This document shows, one piece after another, positions 25,691 through 36,800 of a DNA stretch of 64,000 nt. This stretch comes from Lama glama. Its lineage: Eukaryota. Within the stretch, counting starts at the first letter, position 1, and every line of letters begins with the position of its first letter. The translations under genes were made by a program, and so were the position numbers. A model generated the notes under the pieces. That model saw only the letters and a program-made list of their open reading frames with translations, made no database searches and was not told the origin of the DNA. The DNA is taken from contig CM052818.1 in the NCBI GenBank assembly GCA_028534125.1, positions 31,994,001 through 32,058,000 of the forward strand, in the 5' to 3' direction.

Positions 25691-26339
25691 AGTTGAATTC
25701 TTTGTGATTGCTCAGAGCTTCCAGACGGTGATGGAGATTGTCTGCCGCACTGTTTGTCTGAGCTTGAAGCTGGGTGAAGGGAATGAATATAAAGAGCACA
25801 CATGACTTGGTTGCAGTCAGTGAATCTAGGATGCAGGGTCAGAAGGAAGCTGACACCTGGGTCCCATGTTGGTTCTATGCTCTGTTCTCCTGCTTGTTCT
25901 CCAAGTCTTCCTCCTAATGGGTCCCTAACTTGTTTTTCCACACCTCAATTCTTACCTTGGTAACCTAATTTATGCTTTATTGGCTGTCAGACTGACAATG
26001 TATCTGGCCCTCTCCACATTTTGTAAATATCAGAGTTCCACATTCAGGCCATGGGCTATTGCCTTCTCTGATATTGGCCAGTGATCTGCCAGGATCAGCA
26101 GGCCCAAGCTCCCATTGCCACCTTTTCCCGAGACCATCCCTTCAATCCCTCCTGTCACTGTCTACACAGCCCTGAAAACTTGCCCCATCCCTGTGTCTGT
26201 GTCTGGATTATAGGTCTTTGCTGCCATAAAACTCGTGTTCTCCCTCTTAGGCATCATATGGACTCTTCCTACAATTTTAGAACTCAGACCTCTTAATGGA
26301 TGGGCTCAAATTTTGTCCAGCATTTCCTTTACTTACTAT

Positions 26340-26615
26340 GATAATAATACATCATTGTTTATGGTGATATGGGTAACATTTACTGAATGCTTACTCTACA
26401 CAAGGCATTGTGCTAAGTGGTTCATAAGCACTTTCTCATGGAAGCTTCAAGGCAGGCATGTAAGGTTGACTGTATTATTGTTCCCACATCACAGATGAGG
26501 AAAGCGAAACTTAGGGAAGTTAAATAGCTTACCTGAGGTCACCCTGGTGGTAGTAAGTGTTGGAGCTGTGAGTTGATTTCAGGTCACTCTGATGTCTAAG
26601 CCCATGATCTAAACT
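26340..26615 (-). mobile_element. MIR SINE
   Basis: taacatttactgaatgcttact...aggcattgtgctaagtg...acagatgaggaaagcgaaacttagggaagttaaatagcttacctgaggtcac. Confidence 0.85.
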
Positions 26616-28800
26616 CCAAGATGATATGGCACCATCTGGAATCCACCATCTGTCCTCCTCTTCCCAATCTAGTTTAGAGCCCTTTTAATAAACCCACACC
26701 TCCCATCGTACATCTCTAAGCAGTGACAATTCAAAGCTCTGGCTGCCATTTCATTCTGTTGGGGTGACATAGAGGTTTTGTCCTCCCTGATCGTGCTTGT
26801 TAATTTCTCCATGACTTTCAGGGAGCCCAGCTGGGCTACTCTTCTTCAGTGTCCCCCTTGCAAGGCGAGGGCCCGCTATCCAATTATGTGTCATGCCCTA
26901 CTATTTGTTCTGTGAGTGGATTTCCTGCTACTCACTTCCCAGTTTTCTTACTGCTCTTGCCGGCAGGCTGCTTCATATTCTAGAGTGTTTTTCTGTTTGT
27001 CTTATATCCATTCCATTTATATCCATTATGGAGGGTCAGGAGCTCAATGCCTTTATTTTTGGGATCTCCCTAACAATTAGCAATCCACAAACATGCCTTT
27101 CTACCTCATGGGTGACTTAACCCTGTTGTGGAGATAATTGCTACTTGGACAAGAAAAATGAACAGATCTACAAACGTGGACAGTGAGGAAGCCAAAGATA
27201 GAACTCCTGGGGTGTGTGCTAATAATTCTTGCCTCCACCTTGCTTGTTTCAAAGTCTAGAACTGCAACATATCCCCACTGAATCCCAGTGTGCCTGGAAT
27301 AGTAGCTTTTGGATCTGGTTCTATTCCCATAACTTTCATATTCTGAATGCAGCAACTTGTCAATAGTAGCAGATTTAATAGTCATAGTTTCTACCATTTG
27401 GAAGTGCCTCCAAATTCCATGATATGTAACAAACTGTCATTTTGTTGAGGGAATAATTTGAAAACCTCATACTCTTAGGCTGGGTGTGGTCACCAGTCAC
27501 TTAGTGGATGATTTGTTGTTTTCTGCCTATTGTGATAATGCATTTTATGGAGGAAATGATATGCTACAGCAGTATTCATGGATGTTGGGATTCTAGAAGT
27601 TTCTGGATACATCCTGCACATAAAATAAGAGTTTATTTACTCTGTGTGCAAGGCCCAGGGCAAAGTGATGCCTCCTCCCTTCCCACCGCTAATCTGTTTC
27701 TGAGCAATTAGTAGGGAATTGACTTTGCTTTCCTACAACACCTTTCCAGGTCGTTGACAGAACACCCCTAGAAATCAGAAGCACTCTTTATACAGTTATA
27801 AGTGATGTAAGTAGTAGTATCCAATTTTCATTCATTGTAAGTGTCATTCATCTCCTCCAAATATTTTTAATGCTCAATCCCGCTATTTCTCTTGGGCTGG
27901 ATCAATATAGGGCACGCTCTCCTCATGAGAATGGAAACCTTTGGTTTGCATTTGGAGAGAGTCAGGGAACTGAGGAAGTATTTTCATTTACCACCCAGAG
28001 GTTTAAAAGTTATGTAGATGCTGCCTGAATGTAAACTACTCATATTGAACACAACTTTTTATTCAGCAGGCTAAGAGGTTTAGAGTCTTAAACACCTGGT
28101 GCTAGTAGCCGTCATGTCTTGACATTGCCCTAGTCTCCTGTGACAGGAGGACCCAGGAAGTCTTTGGAAGATAGAGTGTCAGTTGCAGAAAAAGAGCCCA
28201 TTATCTTGGAAGCCACTCCTGGAGGCAATTTCTCAGAGTTTATATTCAAACCTTGGAAGGCTCCTCCTGCCACTGTGATTGAAGGGGCAAGGTAGGGAGC
28301 CAAGCCATCTTGGTCAGCAAGTATCATCAGTCATGATGAGCCACTAGTCCTGATGAGACTTCTGGTAAGACTCTGGTATGATGACAAAAGAGGCCACATA
28401 TGGCAGTTAACTCAGTCATTTGTAATCATTGCTTTTTGGCTATTTAGTAACCATCCTATGAAGTTATTTTCTGAATTTCCCAGAGGAGAAAGGAGCTGAG
28501 TTTTACCCCTTTTCTTCAGTGAAGCATGTCAGCAGTTAAAAACACTTGAAGGGGACTTTCTAAGGCCCTATCAGATCTGACTTTAAGGCCCTTATTTACC
28601 CAAATTACCTGCTTTGTGTGGGTGATGACACAGTGTTGGACACACCTGCTCTTTTCCTGACTCTGCCCACGGAGTAAGCCCCAGAATTTCTCCGTGGCTA
28701 ACATCTCCATTTCTGTTTCAAGATGTCCCCTAGGCAAGATGCAGGGTGATGGTCCTCTCTGTCACTTCTCACAATGTGACTGCTGCCACAACTCTTGGCT

Positions 28801-29034
28801 CAGAGCTTCCTTCCCCAGTGGTGTGCCGTGGTTATGTGTGCGCTGCAGATGGCCAACAGGCATGCAGAGATATCAAACTATTGAGCCCCTCAGGACTCTG
28901 GGAGGCTGAGGTGAACCAGCTGTGTCTGAAGCCCCTCCACCTCATGTGAGTTGCCTCTGTTTGCCCCAGTGTGCCATATAAATACTGTCATTTTTTCTGT
29001 GTGTCATGATATGGAAAAAGGTTAGGAAACACTG
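28801..29034. mobile_element. MER102-like hAT-Charlie
   Basis: ccagtggtgtgccgtgg...ccagtgtgccatataaatact...gtgtgtcatgatatggaaaaaggttaggaaacactg. Confidence 0.7.
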
Positions 29035-31417
29035 ACTTAACCTCTTTGATCTTCATTTTCTTCCTAAGTTGGAATTTAAAAAATTATCTTATGAGACCAT
29101 TGTGAGAATCAAAGGCTTGAATCCATATGAAGGGGCTTTAAGAGCTGCCATTCATCTGTTGGGTATATCACTGGCCACAGAGAGAGAGGACTCTCTTTAC
29201 CCTCATTGACTGTCCCTTTGAGAATAGGGTGGAATTCTACTTTTTAAAAAAATCTTTGCTCAGTTATGAAATCAATGTACTAAATCTATTGAGGTTCAAG
29301 CACTGTCAGTACATTTTCTACAGTTTGGTTCTTTTGACTTCTTTGAAGCATCTACTGGAGCAGAAGTTCCTTGACCTTCTGCCCAGTGAAGTCCAGTGAT
29401 GCTGAGAGTATGCAGTATCTACTGACTTATCTGCATTCACATCCCAGCTACTCCCAGGCCCACCCAGGCCAAGGTCCCGCCTTCCCACTGAAGACTGGCC
29501 CATGTGGCCTTTTACTACAGGTCCATGCCCTGGGCTGAGAGCATCTCAAGTTTCCATGTTTCAGCATCTGTGCTCTGTGATCTTCCAGAGATGACTTCTC
29601 TCAGTCTTGCAGACAGAGGTCTCATGGATGGAGAAAAACTCTCCCACCCTTCTCCTCAACAGGCCTGAGTCAAATGCTATCTTGATAAATGTGTGAAAAC
29701 CAAGTCACAAAACAATATACCATAAAATGTTAACACTGGTTTTCTGGATGTGGAGGTATGGGTCATATTTATTTTTTTCTTCAGACATTCCTGATTTTTT
29801 CAGATTTTCTATAGTGAAACTGAAAGTGGATTTTAAATTATCTTTCTAAAAGATGCACTCAAGATGTGCTGCATGAAGGCAAATAACAGCTCCGACATTC
29901 CTTCACACTTGCTGGCTTCAAATTACTGCCTCTGCTTTCAGAGCCAGGCGATTTGGAGGCAGTGGATGCCAGGAGGCAGGGGGAGGAGACCGCAGTGTGG
30001 GCCATTGAATTTCCTCTTCTCAGACATTGCTCTGGCAGCTTATTCCAGGGTGCTCATCTGTATGGTAGCAGCGTGACTTTCATGTTTTCCCCAAGGTATT
30101 TTACAGCCTTTTAATAGAGGTACTTTGAATAACCTTCTCTTGGTAACTTCCAAATAGTGAAAAATATCAGATGATTTCTCTGTCTCCCTCTCCACCTTCT
30201 TCTCTTCTTTGTTTCTGCCCATTCCTATTGCTCATATCACCACTGTCTCTCTGTCACCCTCCTCCCTCTTCTCTTCTCTCTCTCTTCCTGCTGCAACGGA
30301 TCCCTCCCCCTGCTTCATCTCTCTCCACCTAATAGTTAAAGCAAAATAAAACATTGTGGTGAGAAAGAATTTGATGGTGTTGACCTGGACTATGGGTAGG
30401 GGAATGCAAATACGGGTTTATTCTTAGGAGCTAGATGGCCACAAGAGTGGTTCCAGGGGCAATTTCATCCCTTCACTTTTCAGTTCTCAGACTTGTAATA
30501 ACTGACACACCTTCATTTGATTTCAATCTTAAGGTCAGGGGAGGACTTCTTGAGAAACTGATAGTCGAGCTGAGGCCCTAAATTGGATGAGTTAACTAGT
30601 TAAAGAGAGTGGGATAGAATGGGAAGGCAGCAAGGACAGGAGTCTATTCAGGCCTAAGCATGTCTCAATCCAGAGCACCTGCTCCTTATTTGCCACCAAG
30701 AAAGATGAGGTATAACTGAGGACCCCTGCTGTATGGACCAACCAGTGATGCCACGGTCCCACTCAGAACCTCTTGGACATGATGCTGATTGTCCTGGAAA
30801 TCAAGGACATTGAATTACATATAGCAGAAAGATTAATCAGGTCACAGACACCTCCACCATTCTCCAAACTGAGGACAAGACTTCCTTTAGGTTAACCAGA
30901 AAGGTCACCTTAGAAACATACACCTGCAGTCAGGTGTATGTAATGTCAAACCTCTCCAAGGCCTCAAGCTCAGCCAGCACTATTTCTATGGAAACCAGCA
31001 CCAGGCCTGATGCTTGACCCTTGAGATGGGAACTTGGCTGGTTCAGGGGAAGGATGCTTAGGGTGAAATTTGTCAGAGCCTAGCAGATTGATGGGGGACA
31101 TGCTGAGAAGGAAACACAGGGGATTAGACACTCAGAACTCAAACGCATGGTAATACACCAAAGGGAAGGGCTGTGGTGTGCTATCTGGATTCCAGGCTCC
31201 CTTCCTATTGGAAGCCTGGCCAACAGACTGAGCATCAGATAAAAGACAGGATGATGACTAATAGGACATGGCAGTCCTGCCAATGGGTTGAAGACATTCT
31301 AGGTGCTGTTCTAGGTGACTCTCCTAGTTGACCTGAAGGAAGTCTTGTCCTCAGGAGACATTCTCCTGTGCTGGAGCTCACATCTTCTAGTGAAGGTGGG
31401 CCATGCCCTCCCCAGGG

Positions 31418-31431
31418 GTTACCATGGTAAC
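31418..31431. promoter_or_regulatory. Perfect palindromic RFX X-box (GTTACCATGGTAAC)
   Basis: 14/14 match to the GTTRCCATGGYAAC consensus; binding not shown. Confidence 0.5.
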
Positions 31432-34359
31432 TATATCACTTCCCAGCTACAAACATCAGGTCAAGAGAAGACTAGTTGTTCTGGATAATTTGTAGCTTCT
31501 TTTCCAACTTACCCAGAGACTTCTGGGCCCGCTGGTGGGTGATTTTCCTCAGAGGCACTCCCTTGCCCAGAAAGAGAAGGGTCCTTCATTGATGGACTGG
31601 TTCTCCAGGCTGCTTGGTCTTTGTGTCACTTGCAGTACATTAATTATTCAGTGCCTGGTAAAGCTCTTTGAGATCACAAGATGAAAGGTCTGGGGGCAGT
31701 TCAAAGGCTTCCTTTTGATTATTATTCTAGTCAGCATATTTTAGGGGGAGAAGATAGGCTTGAGATCACAGTGGAGTAAGTTTCATACGGAGTAGAATAC
31801 AGGCAAGTCATAGAAATGAACCTGGAACAGAGAGTCATGTTGCCCTGCTAATGGAAGCACTCAGGTCTGTTGTGTGTGTGAGAAGCATAAGGCCACGTGG
31901 AGGTGATACCCTCTCCCTTGCACTCTTGGATTAGTACAAATGCCAGTTAGTCTTCCTCTGCTACCAAAAGCCAGATAGGTTGGACCAGTGACCAAGCACA
32001 CCTAGAGCAGGGTTTCCAGGGCAAGAGGAGACATCGCAGGGCTCACAGGCCAGTCAGGAACTCTTTCCTGGGACACTGAAGTCATCTCTAGATAGGTCAG
32101 AATGTAGCAACTTGGGACACAAATTCTAAAGAGGCAGCATCGAATGTCCCATTGCCTTCATTACCCGGCTTTGGCCATGAATTATGAGTCGCTGGTGGCC
32201 TGCATAGACATAATATTAGGGGATACCTGGGGTCTGTGCCCGTGATCTGGCCATAATTTCTTCTAAATTTGTGAGCTTGAGACTTGTGAGTGAGATTAAT
32301 AAACTACTACACTTCATTGTCATAAATAGCTAAGGTAGTTTGAGCAAGTTTGATAAATGGCCTGAATGGCACTAAGCACAATAAGCCATGGTGGTTAAGG
32401 AGGCACGAGGGCCCCGCACAAGTTTTGTTTGGCCCACTCTGAATCCTGGCTCAGCTGCTTTGATGGGGCTGTAGCTCAGGGAAGATGGGGAACCTTGGAG
32501 AAGGAGGGATTTGGCTTGGGCCTTTAAGGAAGGGAAAGATTTAGGAAAGCAGTAGGTCGATGGGGATGTTCTAGATGGATGTTGGCTTGGGAAAAAGTTT
32601 GGAAACTTATGAGTAATGGAGACCATACAATGTGAGAGGATTCTGAGTGGGAAAAAGGACAAAAAATAAGTAGTGGTCAGAGTGTGATGGCTTCAAATGT
32701 ACACATTTTAGCCGTTTCTGCAGCAACCTCCATGTGGTTCTCTTTTTGGTGTGGGTCTAGTACACCCTGCAGGTAACCAACTCCCCAAGAGCTGGGACCA
32801 TGCTGACAATTTCTTTTGTGTTGCCCTCAATATTCCTTGATGCTGTGTCTTGGGAAGGAGTGCCTGCTTTTATTGACTGACAGATGGGGCTCACCGCTGA
32901 ATGAATTCAGTAGTTATACATGGGTCCTTTTGGGATTGGGAAGAGGCAAGAAAAATGTGTTGAAGTTATGACTTTTAATGGTACAAGATAACATTATGAG
33001 AAATAATAAATTTTGCTTCAGGACTTGAGCTACCAAGAAAGAGTGCAAACCTTCCTGGCAGGGGGAGTGAGGTTTAGAGAAAGGTGAGGTGGAGTGGGGG
33101 CCTTTTAGTTCCACTCAGGTTCCACCTGACACTAATAGCTCCCCTCTGAATGAGCCATTTGGAAGGAAATGTGAAAGCAAACGCCGGAGAATTGACTACG
33201 TGAACTGGAGAGTTGCTTAGTGAGCGCTAGTGCAGTCCCCTCATTTCCAGGCCTGGAGAAGGTGTGGGGAGGTCTGTGTGTTTAGGACAAAGGACACATC
33301 TGCTAATTCTCCCTCTTCCCTCTAAAAATCACATCTGTTTTTTAGACTAAATGAACTGCCTGTCACAACTCCGACATCACCGCCGACGCCAGTAGTCATG
33401 TAAATTCTCTGAGGTTTCTTTGGCTGCACAGGTGTGGGCTCAGCCCCATGAATACTGAAGCCGTTTTCCTGGGCTGCCAGTCCCAGACAGGAGGCCCTCC
33501 CGTGCACCGGGCTTTGCTGTGCCTGCTCACCACTGTTTGACATCCAGATGACTGTTTATTTGGCCACATTAAACTTTGCTTTGTGGGACACAAAATCATT
33601 GTAAAAGAATGCATTATTAAGTGTGTTTTCAAATACGGGGGAAAAACCAACAGGCTGTCACCGATTGTTTATCGTTGGGAGGAAAATAAATAAGTAAAAT
33701 GTGTATGAGGCAAGCCAGGAGCAGTTCCAAGGAGCATTTAAAAAAGAAGCATTTTTACATTTTATTGATAGAGGTTTGTAAAACATGCTTGCTAGTGAAC
33801 CCAGGGCATTCATGTAAATAACTGTCGCATACACATAGCTCTTTATTATTTATATCGATGCAAGTATGATATATTCACTATATTATGTACATTGGCTTAG
33901 AAATAAATAGACACAGAGCGAGACATGTAAAAAATAAACACTGGAAATAGAGACATTGCCAGTTGGGTCATATTGGGGTAGTAGGGATCATGGACAGTTG
34001 GCAGAGTTAATAATTAACTAGCGTGTAATAGAGAAGCAGCTCTTTGGGAGCACTTCTGATTTCTGGACGTTGTATCCTAGATCCCTGGATAGGAAAGGAA
34101 CTAAGAATCCCATTCCTTTCAGATTGTAAAACAGGTAGAAGCATAAAGCTTCAAGAATGGCAGGACTGATGTTCAAAGAGTACATCATGTGCGCATTATC
34201 TTACCTGACCCTTACAAAACCCTGAGAGTTGGTAAAGCATCCATTATTCTTGTATTATCATCATTTTTGAATTATTGAGGTTTTGCAGAGTATGTTATTA
34301 GCCTGAGTTAAACAGCTGATAAATACCAGAGCTAATTATTTTCTCAAGGGTTCTGGCTT

Positions 34360-36800
34360 CATTCACTTGACAATATTTATTGAGTGTCTACTGTGTACCA
34401 GGCATGGGGAAGTAGCAGTGACCAATGCAGGAAAGATACAATAAACAAATGAATATAAATATAAAAGAAATACATGCAGGGCAAAAGGATAGGGAGTAGT
34501 TAATGGGAAGTGCTGATTTCCTACAGGATGATCAGGAAGCTCTCTTTGGGCAGAGAACTGGATGGAGAGAGTGAAAGACCACATCTCTTTAGGGAAGAGG
34601 AGCTTTCTAGGCTGAGAGACCCACCAGTGCAAAGGCCCTGAGGTGGGGGTGTGCTTGGCAAGTTTAGAAATAGCAAGGATTCCTGTGGGGCTGGAGTATG
34701 AACAAGATTAATATAATTGGATTGTAGATGAGGTCAGAGAAAGAACCAGAGGCCAGATCATGTGGGGCTTTCAAGGGCTAGGCCGTGGCAAGAAATGTGA
34801 AAGCTTTTTCAGGGCTGTAGTGTCAATCTAATTGCTGTGTGGAAAATGCACTGAAGGTGAGCAGTAGTAGAAGCAGGAGACCAGCTGGGATCTTAGAGCA
34901 GTTGTCAGGGTGAGAGGTGATGTAGGGAGAGATGAGAGGGGCAAAATGCAGGTAGAGCCATCAAGATTGGTTGATGAATTGATGTGGGATGTGGAAAATA
35001 AAGTTAAGGCTTCCTCCTTGGTTTTGGCCCAAGTAACCAGGAGGATTTTGTCATCGCTTTCTGAAATAGGAAACACCTGGGGTTTAGGTGGAATGACATC
35101 AAGTGCTTATTTTTGCATTTGTTGGCAATACTTATCATGGAATCAAATGGAGATTTCAAACTGGCAGTTGGATATGTATTCCGCTGTTCAGAGAAGACAT
35201 TGGGCCTGGAGATGTAAATTTAGTAGTATTAGTATGTAGATGATATTTAAAGCTATGAAACAGGATGAGATCACTTTTGAGAGTGAGTTTAGTTGGAGAA
35301 GAGGAATATCCCCAGCTCCCCAACTTTTAACAATTGTCAAATAATAAAATAGAGACCCCCGTCACCTATCGAGTTTAAAAAAAGAAAAAAGCTGAGCTTA
35401 TTTACATGTCAGGCAAGAAATTCACTGAATAGTTCTTGAAAAAATTAAAGTCAGAGTTTTTAAAGCATTAGAGAGAGGCTTACATGGTGATGATGCTAAT
35501 TCACAATTGAAAATCAGCACTTGGATAGGAGAGAATGAGTTCCTAACTCTGTACTTGCTTGGTTAAAACAAGTCCCTTGTTCATTGGTCAAGTCTTCAGT
35601 GAAGTCCAGGGAGGGTCTGGTGTCCTGGGGTCACTTGAAATTCATAGTTATTGATCATTGTTAGCTGGTTAAAACCTCGGTGATGAAATATGGCATTCAG
35701 CCATGAAATCTCTTAGGCAGTTATTCCTGGGAAGTGGAGAATGTTCCATTTGTACAGCTTGGAAAATGAGGAGGATCTGGCAAAGAAGAGTAAAGAGGAC
35801 CTGCCACTGAAGTAGGAGGCAAGGACTATGGCAACCAAGGATCATGTGGTCATTAAGATGTGAAGAATCTGAGAAGCAGGGAGGATCTGTGGTGTCCAGT
35901 GCTGCTGAGAGGTCTAGTAAGATAAGGACAAAAACTTGTTCATTGTATCTGCAACTTGGGGTTATTGGGGACCTTGACATGTAGTAGTGGAGACAGTCAT
36001 GATTTTATTGAGTTTAAGAGAAAATGAGAGGGAAAAAGCGGAGACAGAAGCATAGATAAATCTTTTAAGAAATTTAGCTGTGAAGGAGAGCAGAGTAACA
36101 GGATGATGGCTGAAGAAAAGTGTGAAGGTCAAGGAAGTTTTCTCTCTCTCTTTAAAGATGATATACATTTGCTGCAGAAGAGATTGACTTGGAAGTGGTG
36201 GGGGGGGTTGTTGATGCAAGAGAAAGGGCGGACTATTGCAACAGCAGATTTCTTGGAAAGTGTTAAGATTAGCATCCAAGTGAAGAAGCTGCCACTGCTT
36301 AGGAGTGTAGACAGCGTATCTGTTACAAGAGAGAAGGAAGCTTATGTAAGTATTGATACCTGTAAGTTGGTAGATTTGCTTCCATTTTCTCAGTGATATA
36401 AGAAACAAGGTCACTAGCTGAGAATGTGAAGGAATAGAGTTGGGGGAAATTGGAGGTGCAAAAGGTAAGAGAAACTTGGAAGTAGTGGAGCTAGAGAGAA
36501 GGAGAGTGGATTGAGCCCATCAGGGGTTACAGAAGGATTTCCGGGCAATCTTGAGAGCCCTCTTTAGGTTTGTGGTGGTGAGACTTGTCAGCATCTGGTG
36601 TATTTCCCCCTCTCCTCTGCTCCCTTCCTTTCCCACCACCACATTCAGCTGCTCAGGACAATTGTGAAGGAGAGAGGAGAGGGCAAGCAAGTTGCAGTTG
36701 TTTGCAAGGGAATTGTTACAGTGGAATTATTATGGTGATGAACCCTAGAACCTAAGCTGAGAATGCAAGGGGGTGATGCACTGCATGGTGGAAAAAGAAT
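34360..36800 (-). mobile_element. Long L2 LINE (~2 kb) interrupted at ~35335-35756
   Basis: cattcacttgacaatatttattgagtgtctactgtgtaccaggca...gtgcaaaggccctgaggtggg...gatgaggtcagaga...ggcagttggata...tgctgctgagaggtctagtaagataaggac. Confidence 0.88.
35335..35756. mobile_element. Unassigned ~420-bp LTR-like insertion splitting the L2
   Basis: Begins TG and ends CA; L2 homology stops before it and resumes after it; family not recognised and no clear TSD. Confidence 0.4.

Noticed and set aside
30858..31366. hAT transposon reading of the inverted repeat (8-bp cattctcc direct repeat outside the arms)
   Set aside because: The repeat does not abut the arms, the termini are unlike hAT TIRs, and the 9-bp duplication around the right arm alone explains the structure better.
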